Source: Candidatus Bathyarchaeota archaeon B24 (GTDB lineage: Archaea > Thermoproteota > CALKCG01 > B24). From it: a stretch of DNA of 64,000 nt. This document shows positions 28,787 through 38,402 of this stretch, piece after piece. Below the pieces are notes generated by a model. It made no database searches and had not been told where the DNA came from. It worked only from the letters and a program-made list of their open reading frames with translations. Position numbers and translations under genes: made by a program. The DNA lies in the NCBI GenBank assembly GCA_001593865.1, contig LUCB01000002.1, positions 25,277-89,276 on the forward strand. Reading direction: 5' to 3'. Numbering within the stretch: the stretch's first letter is position 1; the number at the start of each line of letters is the position of its first letter.

Positions 28787-29514
28787 GCTTTACACTTCTC
28801 GAAGCCGCTTTCTAGGATTTGGCTAACCACGTCCTCACCTTTTCCATAGCAGAATATCTCACCGTTCATCATGACGTATGCCCTGGAGGGTTTCAGATAC
28901 TTAGCTATGGCGCCTACATGGGTGATTATCAAAACAGCTCTCCTCGTGCTCACAAGCTGCCCATCACCCTGTAAGAACCGGTTTAACGCTTCACCCATTA
29001 TGGCTAGGTTTTCCACATCCACCCCCGAGTCTGGCTCATCTAACAAGACGAGTCTAGGATTCTGTAACAGCGTTAGGAGAAGCTCGAACCTTTTAACCTC
29101 ACCGCCGCTGAAGCCCACATAGAGCTCTCTATCCATGAATTTCTCCAGCCTAAGAAGCGATACGAGCTTTTCCACGTATTCGTCGGAAACCCCGAACCTA
29201 CTCGCCACCTCCTCTACGAGATAGCCGGCTTTAAGACCCCGTATCTTAGGAGGCATCTGGAAAGAGGCCGCTATGCCGAGCTTAACCCTATCCTCCGGTT
29301 CAAGACCCGTTATATCGGTGCCCCGGAAAAATATCCGGCCGGATACGATTCTATAAGAGGGGTTACCGAGTATCGCCTGGATCAAGGAGGTTTTACCCGA
29401 GCCGTTAGGGCCGAGTAGAAATATGGTCTCCCCATACCCTACGGAGAGGCTGACCCCGTTTAGAACCCTCTTACCTGAAACCTCGACGTGTAGGTCCCTA
29501 ACCTCTAGGATCAT
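28750..29514 (-). CDS. sufC: Fe-S cluster assembly ATPase SufC
   Basis: Walker A GPNGSGKT. ABC signature FSGGE. Walker B LLDEPDSG. Confidence 0.85.
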   Translation of the reverse strand: MILEVRDLHVEVSGKRVLNGVSLSVGYGETIFLLGPNGSGKTSLIQAILGNPSYRIVSGRIFFRGTDITGLEPEDRVKLGIAASFQMPPKIRGLKAGYLVEEVASRFGVSDEYVEKLVSLLRLEKFMDRELYVGFSGGEVKRFELLLTLLQNPRLVLLDEPDSGVDVENLAIMGEALNRFLQGDGQLVSTRRAVLIITHVGAIAKYLKPSRAYVMMNGEIFCYGKGEDVVSQILESGFEKCKACFEKARRRVWF

Positions 29515-29681
29515 GAATTCCTCAGATTTCTGGAGCAGGGGCTGGCTATTAATCCTTACGGTCTATCGATGGAAAATTTATATCCGAGACCTCCTATCGT
29601 TAAGACTGCTACTACAAGGCTTGTTCAGACCATAGCCATACGCTTCCTTCGCAAGAATATCCGCCTACTCAGTTTAAGGGG

Positions 29682-31013
29682 GTGTCTCCTATGGAGCTTA
29701 GGCTCCCCTATGACCTCGCGAGACGTCAGGTGTGTGTCGAGATACCCGACGAGAAGGTAGCCGGAGTGGTCAAGCCTGGAAGAGCCAAGACTCTGAACCC
29801 TGAGACCGTCAAGAGGCTTGTGAGAGAGAACCCCTACCTTAGGAGGCTCATAGGAGAGGTCAAGAAGCGTAGGGGAAGACTTTCGATACTCGTAGACGAC
29901 CATACAAGACCTACACCCGTCAAAGATATACTACCCGTTCTTCTAGATATGGCCGGTGACGAAGTCGACGTGAGGATTCTGTACGCGAAGGGGACTCACG
30001 ACATCCCTCCTAGATGGCTTTTAGAGAGAAAACTAGGTAGAGACGTTTTAAACGATACTCGGCTTATCATGCATGACGCCTATAAATTTGAAGACCACAT
30101 CTTCAAAGGCGTTACGAGGTATGGAACGCCCGTATGGATAAATCGAGAAGCGGCAGAAGCGGATGCTATGATAGGCATAGGCTCGATATTTCCATCCGAG
30201 GTCGCCGGGTTCACAGGAGGATGCAAGATAGTCCTACCGGGCATAGCATTTTGGAGCAGTATAAATAAGAATCACATGCTTTTCATATCGCCGTCCGTCG
30301 GGGTCGGAAGACTCGAGGGAAACATCCTGAGAATGGACATAGACGAAGCGGGTTTGATAGCCGGCTTAGACGCCGTGGTAGACTTCGTCATGGGAGTCGA
30401 CGACGGGATTCTAGGAGTCTTCATAGGAAAACCGGTCGAAACCCACAGGAGGGGAGTTAAGCTCTGTGAGAAGCTGTATAAGACCTCCGTAGCCGAGAAG
30501 GCTAAGGTTGTCTTGGTATCACCCGGCGGGACAGAGGATTTGGACCTCGTTCAGGCGTTTAAAGCCGTCTTCACGGCCGACCGTGTCTGCGAGGACGGTG
30601 GGGTGATAGTTCTCGTAGCCGCATGTCCTCTGGGAACCCAGTGGAGTGAGCTGGAGGAGTTTATGGAAACCGTTAGGGTGAAAAAGCTGGATAGAGCCGA
30701 CATCCTCAGGATGGTCGTCGACTCCAGGGTCGAGGCTCTGGCAGGTGGGTTCGTCTATAGGCTTTACCACATCCTCGTGGAGGGTAGGAAGAAACTCTAC
30801 CTGGTCTCGGATAACATATCTTGGAAAACCGCCGAGACGCTGGGCTTCAAACCGTTCAGAGACGTTCAAGAGGCTGTGGACGAGGCTATAGAGGAGACTA
30901 AAGGCAGGGTCTTAGCTATACCTTACGCGGCCTACAACTGGGTCGAGAAGCCTCCAGACGGTTATTTTCTGACAGCCACTACCTCGTCTGTACTCCTTAG
31001 AGCGCAGCCATAG
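29682..31013 (+). CDS. LarA-like (nickel-pincer-nucleotide-dependent racemase/epimerase family, DUF2088) protein
   Basis: ILVDDHTRPTP and YAKGTHD motifs characteristic of the LarA N-domain. 443 aa. Confidence 0.6.
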   Translation: MSPMELRLPYDLARRQVCVEIPDEKVAGVVKPGRAKTLNPETVKRLVRENPYLRRLIGEVKKRRGRLSILVDDHTRPTPVKDILPVLLDMAGDEVDVRILYAKGTHDIPPRWLLERKLGRDVLNDTRLIMHDAYKFEDHIFKGVTRYGTPVWINREAAEADAMIGIGSIFPSEVAGFTGGCKIVLPGIAFWSSINKNHMLFISPSVGVGRLEGNILRMDIDEAGLIAGLDAVVDFVMGVDDGILGVFIGKPVETHRRGVKLCEKLYKTSVAEKAKVVLVSPGGTEDLDLVQAFKAVFTADRVCEDGGVIVLVAACPLGTQWSELEEFMETVRVKKLDRADILRMVVDSRVEALAGGFVYRLYHILVEGRKKLYLVSDNISWKTAETLGFKPFRDVQEAVDEAIEETKGRVLAIPYAAYNWVEKPPDGYFLTATTSSVLLRAQP

Positions 31014-31243
31014 TCTTCAAGCGTCTTATACAGCTCGTCGCAGTCTATACTGTTACCCGCCACCGTTATCTTCATAGTCTCGGTCTTAACGTCGACCTCG
31101 CTCACTATTATGTGAACCTCGTCGACCCCATCTACTAAGCACAACGCCGAGGCTAGGTCTATCAAAGGAAGCTCCCTAGGCTTCATGACATCTATCACGA
31201 CACGCGTTATTACCGCTTCACCCTCTTCATACTCCTCCGTCAT
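30962..31243 (-). CDS. DUF211-family small archaeal protein
   Basis: About 93 aa with acidic N-terminus and conserved Cys pair. 4-nt coupling to the upstream VIT gene. Confidence 0.4.
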   Translation of the reverse strand: MTEEYEEGEAVITRVVIDVMKPRELPLIDLASALCLVDGVDEVHIIVSEVDVKTETMKITVAGNSIDCDELYKTLEDYGCALRSTDEVVAVRK

Positions 31244-31836
31244 GAATGAAACGCTCCCTCAAGCATGAGACTTAGGGCGGCTGTCAACAGACCCGCACCT
31301 ACCATAGCCGCCGTGTAGAGCCAAACCCTAGTCTTCGAGATCCTACCTAGATAAAAGCCCAGCAGGGCTGTGAATGTAAGGGTGATCAGTATGGATGCCT
31401 TAAAGGCGTCGGCCATAACCATGATACCCATATAGGCTAGGATAAACGGGACAGTAGCCGTTAAAGCCACGACGGCAGGAGATAATGCATCCACTAAAGC
31501 CGCCACCAGCGATGCGAAGTTATGCGCCTCCGTGATCAGCGAGTTATCGAGTTTACGGAAAAGTCTCTTCTCCAACTCCTTAACCTCACCGCCCCTCTCA
31601 GCCAGCTCCATAAGGAGGCTTCCCGTGAAGCCTGACATGGCAAGGGCTATGCTGACGGAGAAGCCCATGTTGATAAGAGCCTTAGGAGTGTTTATCCCGC
31701 TTATGTAGGCGCCCATGACAGCTCCGAGTATCGTCACCGCTCCGTCGAACGCGTTTATCACGAAGTATCTCCTCACGATCTCAAGAGCGTTGGAAATCTC
31801 AATATATTGTCTAACCCTCTCTAAGATATACCCCAA
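31240..31836 (-). CDS. VIT1/CCC1-family membrane protein (putative Fe/Mn transporter)
   Basis: E-rich cytoplasmic loop (ELAERGGEVKELEKRLFRKL) between TM bundles. 5 TM. Confidence 0.5.
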   Translation of the reverse strand: MGYILERVRQYIEISNALEIVRRYFVINAFDGAVTILGAVMGAYISGINTPKALINMGFSVSIALAMSGFTGSLLMELAERGGEVKELEKRLFRKLDNSLITEAHNFASLVAALVDALSPAVVALTATVPFILAYMGIMVMADAFKASILITLTFTALLGFYLGRISKTRVWLYTAAMVGAGLLTAALSLMLEGAFHS

Positions 31837-31894
31837 TCTTAAGCGAACCCCCCAGCCGAGCCTAAAGCCCGGCTAAACAGATCGTTCAACTAAA

Positions 31895-31918
31895 CTCCAG
31901 TATAGGAGTTTACTGGAG
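31895..31918. promoter_or_regulatory. Hairpin CTCCAGTA-(8 nt)-TACTGGAG in the divergent VIT/DegT intergenic region
   Basis: Perfect 8-bp arms read directly. Confidence 0.4.
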
Positions 31919-32007
31919 GTGGATTTAAGCTTTGCTAAACACGTATCTCATCCAGAGGGATAGTTAAATAATCAAACCGACATACTTTAAACTCTAGGTG
32001 AGTTTAA

Positions 32008-33234
32008 GTGCCTAAACTTGCCATCAGAGGTGGTAAACCGGTCAGAGATCGACCATATCCGAAGTGGCCGATATTCGACGAGAGGGAACTCGAGGCTTTG
32101 AAAGAGGTTCTCTACAGCGGATTATGGGGGATCGGAGGCTCTAAGAAGCCCGAGTTTGAGAAGAAGTTCGCAGAGTACCAGCATGCCAAATATGGGGTTG
32201 CCGTTACCAACGGGACTGCGGCTTTGATGATCGCTCTTAAGGCGTGTGGCGTAGGGTGTGGAGATGAGGTCATAATACCGCCCTACACGTTCATGGCCAC
32301 CGCTACCGCCGTGTTGGACGTAAACGCTATACCCGTTTTCGTAGACATAGAGCCTGACACGTATAACATAGACCCTAAGAAGGTTGAAGAGGCTATAACC
32401 GATAAGACGAAAGCCATCATACCGGTTCACATAGGCGGTAGACCAGCGGATATGGATGCGCTAACCCGCATAGCCGACAAGTACGGGCTTAGCATAATCG
32501 AAGACGCCTGCCAAGCATGGGGTTCCGAGTGGCGCGGCCAGAGGGTGGGTGCCATAGGAGCACTCGGAGCTTTCAGCTTCCAGTCTAGCAAAAACATAAC
32601 GAGCGGTGAGGGAGGCATCATAGTCACGAACGACGAGGAACTCTATCAGAAGGCTTGGAGCCTCCACAATTGCGGACGCAAACTGAAGGGTGAATGGTAT
32701 ATGCACTATCTTCCAGGCGGAAACTTCAGGATGACTGAGTTTCAAGCTGCCATACTCCTAGTTCAGCTTTCTCGATATGATGAATATCTTAAACGTAGGA
32801 TGGAGAACGCCGCTTATCTAGACGCAAAACTCTCCAAGATAGACGGATTGAGACCTATGAGGAGGGACGAGAGGGTTACGAGGTGTTCTTATCACCTGTA
32901 TATAATGAGATACGACCCTGAGGCTTTCGGAGGGCTACCGAAGAATAAGCTTGCTGAAGCTATGCGGGCGGAGGGAATACCGCTTAGTCCAGGCTACTCC
33001 CGCCCGCTCTATAGAGAACCCTACCTGAGCTACTACGCTAAGTGTCCACTCTCATGCCCGTATTATGGTAAGAAAGTGGACTACTCTAAACTGAAACTCC
33101 CGGTGACCGAGAGGGCATGCTACGTTGAAGGAGTGTGGCTACCGCAGTATGTCCTGCTAGGCTCTAAGGATGATATGGACGACATAGTCGCGGCCTTCGA
33201 AAAGATCAAAGATAACATAAATGAACTTACGTAG
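32008..33234 (+). CDS. DegT/DnrJ/EryC1/StrS-family PLP-dependent (sugar) aminotransferase
   Basis: Family-typical N-terminus and lysine region (FSFQSSKNITSGEGG). 408 aa. Confidence 0.8.
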   Translation: MPKLAIRGGKPVRDRPYPKWPIFDERELEALKEVLYSGLWGIGGSKKPEFEKKFAEYQHAKYGVAVTNGTAALMIALKACGVGCGDEVIIPPYTFMATATAVLDVNAIPVFVDIEPDTYNIDPKKVEEAITDKTKAIIPVHIGGRPADMDALTRIADKYGLSIIEDACQAWGSEWRGQRVGAIGALGAFSFQSSKNITSGEGGIIVTNDEELYQKAWSLHNCGRKLKGEWYMHYLPGGNFRMTEFQAAILLVQLSRYDEYLKRRMENAAYLDAKLSKIDGLRPMRRDERVTRCSYHLYIMRYDPEAFGGLPKNKLAEAMRAEGIPLSPGYSRPLYREPYLSYYAKCPLSCPYYGKKVDYSKLKLPVTERACYVEGVWLPQYVLLGSKDDMDDIVAAFEKIKDNINELT

Positions 33235-33268
33235 TAATCCTACCAGGTAAATGTTTAAGTGAGACAAC

Positions 33269-34033
33269 GTGTCCGGTTTGGATGAATTAAGTAAAAGGCT
33301 AGAAGCCTTAAGAGAGGCAAGTCAACGGGTTTGTAGACGTCTCTTAAAAACCAGGTCTGATATCGTAGCTATCATGGTCGTCGGTTCGGTGGCTAGGGGA
33401 AACATACATGAAAACTCAGACGTCGACCTGTGTGTTCTAGTTAAGTACGGGGAGCATCCTGAGAGGGAACGTATTCGGGAGTTAGACTGCGATGTGGAGG
33501 TGGTCTACACCCCGCTCCGCTTATGGAGGGAGAGGCTATACCGTGGTATAGGAAGCATGTGGGAAATCGATGTATCAAACGTCGTGGATTCTCTCGTCTT
33601 GTACGACCCCTACGGGGTCGTCAGGGAGATTAAGCGGATGTTTAAAGTGTATCCCGAGGAAAAGAGGAGGATGAATATTTTAGAGATTTTTCATAGAATG
33701 GGCTGGTACGAGGAGGCCGTGAGGTATCATTATCTTAAGAAGAACTATGATGTTCAATCTGTTTTCAGCAAGATGTACGTTATGGAGGCGCTTAAAATAC
33801 TGTTTCCGTTGAATCGGGTATACTTAAGGGGGGAGAAGCATATGTTTGAGCAGCTGAAGGAGCTGAGGGAGATACCACCAGGTCTTCTAGAGAGGTGTCT
33901 AAGCCTACTGTGGTTTAAGAGCCGGGGTGTAAAACATGAGGAGGCGACCTGGATTCTCGAAACCGTTTCAGATATTTGGAGGCTCATAAAGGATAAGATT
34001 CGCTCGTCGGAACCAGGTCTCCTCAGGCAGTGA
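33269..34033 (+). CDS. Minimal nucleotidyltransferase (Pol-beta superfamily) domain protein with helical C-domain
   Basis: GSVARGNIHENSDVDLCVLV (GS...D.D NTase motif). Confidence 0.6.
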   Translation: MSGLDELSKRLEALREASQRVCRRLLKTRSDIVAIMVVGSVARGNIHENSDVDLCVLVKYGEHPERERIRELDCDVEVVYTPLRLWRERLYRGIGSMWEIDVSNVVDSLVLYDPYGVVREIKRMFKVYPEEKRRMNILEIFHRMGWYEEAVRYHYLKKNYDVQSVFSKMYVMEALKILFPLNRVYLRGEKHMFEQLKELREIPPGLLERCLSLLWFKSRGVKHEEATWILETVSDIWRLIKDKIRSSEPGLLRQ

Positions 34034-35298
34034 TGAAACCAACCTTTAAATCCTCAACGCGTGGATGCATATATGTGGAATCTGTAGACTTGAAGTTTTT
34101 CGAAGGCGTCGCAGATATGCATGTCGTGGATACGCATGAACACACTTACCCTTATGAAGTTCTAACCAGTAAGGGGTTATCCATAATAGATATTCTCGAG
34201 GGGTCCTACGTCTTCTGGGTGACCGAGTCTCCCGAGGATAGAAGCGACTACAGGAGTCTTGTAGAACGTCTTAGGAGAATATCAGGAAGCGCCTTCTATA
34301 AAGCGTGTAGCATCGCGGTTAAGGAGCTCTACGGGGTCGACATAGACCCTCCGACCGTGGAGGCTTTAGAAGAGGCTTCTAGGCGGGTACGCGAGGCGTA
34401 TAGGGACCCACGTTGGATCAGAGAGGTTTTTAAGGAGAAAAGCCTGATCGACACGGCTCTCCTCGACCCATACTGGGATGTCTGGGGAGGAAGCTTCGAC
34501 CCCGACCTTTTCAAACCCGTCTTCAGGATAAACATGTTTCTCTTCGGCTACAGTAGAGAGGCTAGGGATCATAACGGAAACACACCCTACCTACTCGAAA
34601 AACCGTTAAACCTAGAAGTCCATAGTTTCGACGACTACCTCGAGCTGGTAGATAGGGCCTTGAAGGAGGCTAAGAGAAGGGGATATGTCGCCCTCAAGTC
34701 GGCTTTGGCGTACGATAGACCCATACGTTTCGAAGAGGTAGACGAAGACGAGGCCAGGAGGGTGTTCGAGAAGAAGGGGGTAGATGTCACGTCTAGGGAT
34801 GTCAGAGCGTTCGGGGACTTTATGCTTCACTATATCCTCGGTAAAGCCGAGGATATGGGTTTTCCCGTTCAGTTTCACACAGGACTAGCGCTCATAGAGG
34901 GGTCGAACCCGATGAACCTAGTGAACCTCCTTCGTAAATACGTGAACGTGAAATTCATACTCTTCCACGGAGGATACCCGTGGATAAGAGAAACCCTAGC
35001 TTTAGCCCTTAGCTTCAGAAACGTCTACCTAGACCTTTGCTGGCTCCCGATAATATCGCCGTCGGCCTGCAGAATCATGTTGAGAGAAGCTATAGAGCTA
35101 GGGTTTTCTGGAAGGCTTATGTGGGGCGGGGATTGCTGGGTAGCGGAGGCGACCTACGGCGCCTTAAAGATGTTCAAATCCGTCCTATCAGACGTTTTAA
35201 AGGATATGGTCGAGAAAGACCATCTAACCTTTGACGAAGCGTTAGACATAGCCTCCAAGATACTAAAATGGAACGCAGTCGAGCTCTTTAACCTCTGA
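34030..35298 (+). CDS. Amidohydrolase-2 (TIM-barrel metal-dependent hydrolase) family protein
   Basis: N-terminal HVVDTHEHTY (HxH metal site). Late FHGGYPW. 4-nt overlap with the upstream NTase gene. Confidence 0.55.
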   Translation: MMKPTFKSSTRGCIYVESVDLKFFEGVADMHVVDTHEHTYPYEVLTSKGLSIIDILEGSYVFWVTESPEDRSDYRSLVERLRRISGSAFYKACSIAVKELYGVDIDPPTVEALEEASRRVREAYRDPRWIREVFKEKSLIDTALLDPYWDVWGGSFDPDLFKPVFRINMFLFGYSREARDHNGNTPYLLEKPLNLEVHSFDDYLELVDRALKEAKRRGYVALKSALAYDRPIRFEEVDEDEARRVFEKKGVDVTSRDVRAFGDFMLHYILGKAEDMGFPVQFHTGLALIEGSNPMNLVNLLRKYVNVKFILFHGGYPWIRETLALALSFRNVYLDLCWLPIISPSACRIMLREAIELGFSGRLMWGGDCWVAEATYGALKMFKSVLSDVLKDMVEKDHLTFDEALDIASKILKWNAVELFNL

Positions 35299-35347
35299 AG
35301 GATCGGTTCGACGTAGAGACCTCACCAAAAGGGTCTTCGCAGGAGCA

Positions 35348-35890
35348 TTAATGGGTTATCCCTATACGCGTATAAATCTCCCTAGGGGCCTTAACCTCGA
35401 CTATCATATTGACCACGTCAGCCCTATCGACGAGTTCAGGTGGACAGTATCTTCCGGTCAACACGACATCCGTCTCTTCAGGAACCTCGTCTAGAAGGTT
35501 TAAGACCTCTTGAACATCGACCAGGCCTATGTACGCGGCTAGGCATATCTCATCCAGTACAAGTAGATGCGGTTTACTCTTCAGAACCTCCCTGGCCTTT
35601 TCAAGAGCCTTCTTCGCCAGAGCCTTATCGGTCTCGGATGGGTTTCTTAGGTCCACCCACCCCCTCCTACCGAACTGGTATATCTCGTAGTACGGTTTAA
35701 GCTTCTCCATGACCTTATACTCCCCTATGTCCTTACGGCCCTTCATGAACTGGATGATCACAGCCTTCAAGCCATGGCCTACACACCTTAAAGCCAACCC
35801 GAGCGCGTTCGTAGTTTTACCGGCTCCGGTCCCGTAGTATAGGAATATCTTACCCAAGGCTACTCCACCTCGCAGCTTTCCCTCGGGCAT
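35348..35890 (-). CDS. cobO: Cob(I)yrinic acid a,c-diamide adenosyltransferase (CobO/BtuR/CobA type)
   Basis: P-loop YGTGAGKTTNALGLALR. 180 aa. Confidence 0.8.
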   Translation of the reverse strand: MPEGKLRGGVALGKIFLYYGTGAGKTTNALGLALRCVGHGLKAVIIQFMKGRKDIGEYKVMEKLKPYYEIYQFGRRGWVDLRNPSETDKALAKKALEKAREVLKSKPHLLVLDEICLAAYIGLVDVQEVLNLLDEVPEETDVVLTGRYCPPELVDRADVVNMIVEVKAPREIYTRIGITH

Positions 35891-38247
35891 CCCTCCGGCG
35901 GCTTAACACCGACGGGAAGAACCCTCTCGGTGGTTCTTCTACGGGGTTTAACCCCTAGCTCCAAGACCTGCTCACCCTTACTACCATACCGGTAGACCGT
36001 TATACCCTTACAACCGAGCCGATAAGCCAATAAGAACGCCTTCTTAACGTCTTCAGGTGAAGCGTCGGGTCTCAGGTTTATCGTCTTCGACACTGCGTTG
36101 TCGGTGAATTCTTGGAACGCAGCCTGCATCTTAACATGCCAATCCACGTCTACTTCCAAAGCCGTTACGAAAACTCTTCGAATATCCTCCGGAAGCCCCT
36201 CTATGTGGGAGAGCATACCCGTCTTAGATATCTCAGCCATAACCTCGTCGCTGTAAACGCCCCTCTCCTTAAGAACCTCCTCGAGAACCGTGTTTACTTC
36301 GAACAACCTCACGCCCCCGAGAACCGTCCTAGAGTATACGAGGGCGAAGACCGGCTCTATACCGCTCGAGGTGCCGGCTATTATGCTTATGGTTCCGGTC
36401 GGAGCCACGGTGGTCGTGGTAGCGTTCCGTATACCATGCTTCTTAACGGCTTCCCTCACCCTACTCCAGTCTAGCGTGTAATGTTTCACCTCACCCTCGG
36501 CTTCGAAGGGCATACGGGGATTCTCGGAGTCATATATAGAGCCCTTGAAGGCAGGAAAGCTACCTCTCGCCTCAGCAAGCTCGGCCGACATGAGCTTGCT
36601 ATGGTAGTTGATATACTCCATAATCCTCCTGGCGAGCTCGATAGCCTCCTCGGAGTCGTAGGGGATTCCAAGTCTGAAGAGCATGTTGGCCCATCCCATG
36701 ACCCCTAAACCTATCTTACGCGTTCTAAGGGTTGTTTCCTCGATCTCAGGTATCGGGAAGTGGTTAGCGTCTATGACGTTGTCCAAGAAGTGGGTAGCAA
36801 CTCTGACAACTTCTCTGAGCTTCTTCCAGTCGACAACCCATCTACCCCTTTCAAACTTGACCATACGCTCCAGGTTTATAGAGCCCAAGTTACATGACTC
36901 GTAAGGAAGAAGCGGCTGTTCGCCGCAGGGGTTGGTGGCTTCGATCGTTCCTAAGCGGGGGGTTGGATTGTGTCTGTTAACCGTGTCTAGGAATATTATA
37001 CCTGGGTCTCCCGACCTCCACGCGTTGTAGACGATCATGTCGAAGAGGTATCTTGCGTTAACCTCTTGAACAGGTTTACCGGTTCTCGGGTTTACGAGCT
37101 TAAACTCAGCACCCTTCTCCACGGCCTCCATGAACTCATCGGTCACGGCGACGGATATGTTGAAGTTCCTCAGAGCCCCCTCCTCGCTTTTAGCGTAGAC
37201 GAAGTCTATTATATCGGGGTGGTCGACCCTGAGGATCCCCATGTTAGCGCCTCGACGTTTCCCACCCTGCTTGATGACATCGGTAGCTACGTCGTAGATG
37301 CGCATAAAACTGACAGGGCCGGAGGCCACGCCGCTCGTAGACCTTACTACATCGCCTTTAGGCCTGAGCTTCGAGAAGTTGAAGCCTGTGCCTCCACCGC
37401 TCTTATGGATCAGAGCCGTGTTTTTCAGAGATTCGAATATGCTCTCTATCGAGTCGTGAACCGGTAATACGAAGCACGCGGAGAGCTGGCCCAGAGGGGC
37501 GTTAGCGTTCATGAGGGTCGGTGAGTTAGGTAGAAAGTATCTGTTCGCCATTACTTGGAAGAAGACGTCGATCACGTTCTCGTAAAGCGTATCCCACCGC
37601 TCCTCTACAAGCGATAAAAGCTCTTCGAAGCTCACCCTCATCTTACCCTCTTTACCGAGCCTGTTGTAGAGCCTCTTCATCATCTCAAGCTCGTAGCTCG
37701 TCAAACCTGCTTTACCGGGTTTGTACTCAAACTTCTCGACCTGCCTTACGGGTTGCCGTCCATCCTTATCGTATACGTCGCTCCAGTAGAAGGCGTCTAC
37801 GAGACCTATATACCTCGATACCCTCATCAGCATCTGCTTAGGCGTCTCGACTATGTTTCCACGCTCATCCTTCAGAAGGTATCGGCTCTTCAACACGGTG
37901 ACTGCGTTTAAGGTGAGCTTCATATCGTCTACAACGCCTAGCATACGTTTGATCTCCCTGATCTCAGACCGTCTACGCCTGTAGAGGATGTAGGCCTTAG
38001 CAGCCTCGTAAAGCCCGTTTCTAACCAGAACCTTCTCGACTATATCCTGAATCTGCTCGACATGAGGAGTCGAACCCACACCGAATGTGTCGTCGAGGAT
38101 CTTAACTACCTCGTCTCCGAGCCTCTCGGCTAGAGACCTATCCTTCAAGCCTGTGGCTTGGAAAGCCTTCCAGATAGCCTCGACTATCCGGTTTTTATCA
38201 AAATCTACTATACGACCGTCACGTTTAATCACTTTAGACGGAGGCAA
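35860..38247 (-). CDS. nrdJ: Class II (adenosylcobalamin-dependent) ribonucleoside reductase with N-terminal ATP-cone
   Basis: ATP-cone VIKRDGRIVDFDKNRIVEAI. Active-site region NPCGEQPL. C-terminal Cys pair. 795 aa. Confidence 0.85.
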   Translation of the reverse strand: MPPSKVIKRDGRIVDFDKNRIVEAIWKAFQATGLKDRSLAERLGDEVVKILDDTFGVGSTPHVEQIQDIVEKVLVRNGLYEAAKAYILYRRRRSEIREIKRMLGVVDDMKLTLNAVTVLKSRYLLKDERGNIVETPKQMLMRVSRYIGLVDAFYWSDVYDKDGRQPVRQVEKFEYKPGKAGLTSYELEMMKRLYNRLGKEGKMRVSFEELLSLVEERWDTLYENVIDVFFQVMANRYFLPNSPTLMNANAPLGQLSACFVLPVHDSIESIFESLKNTALIHKSGGGTGFNFSKLRPKGDVVRSTSGVASGPVSFMRIYDVATDVIKQGGKRRGANMGILRVDHPDIIDFVYAKSEEGALRNFNISVAVTDEFMEAVEKGAEFKLVNPRTGKPVQEVNARYLFDMIVYNAWRSGDPGIIFLDTVNRHNPTPRLGTIEATNPCGEQPLLPYESCNLGSINLERMVKFERGRWVVDWKKLREVVRVATHFLDNVIDANHFPIPEIEETTLRTRKIGLGVMGWANMLFRLGIPYDSEEAIELARRIMEYINYHSKLMSAELAEARGSFPAFKGSIYDSENPRMPFEAEGEVKHYTLDWSRVREAVKKHGIRNATTTTVAPTGTISIIAGTSSGIEPVFALVYSRTVLGGVRLFEVNTVLEEVLKERGVYSDEVMAEISKTGMLSHIEGLPEDIRRVFVTALEVDVDWHVKMQAAFQEFTDNAVSKTINLRPDASPEDVKKAFLLAYRLGCKGITVYRYGSKGEQVLELGVKPRRRTTERVLPVGVKPPEGCPRESCEVE

Positions 38248-38390
38248 GATAATCGTAAACTAGTCTCTATGAACCATGTCTTAAACTTTTATGTACATTC
38301 AACTCTAGAGGAGTATACTTCATAGCTCGTAGGGATGGAGACGCTGAGGCTTGGAAACTGTTTTAAGAATGTTCGGCTTTGATAAAGTTG

Positions 38391-38402
38391 GGTTGATCAA
38401 CC
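38391..38402. promoter_or_regulatory. Perfect 12-bp palindrome GGTTGATCAACC ending immediately before the pta ATG
   Basis: Read directly. Confidence 0.4.
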
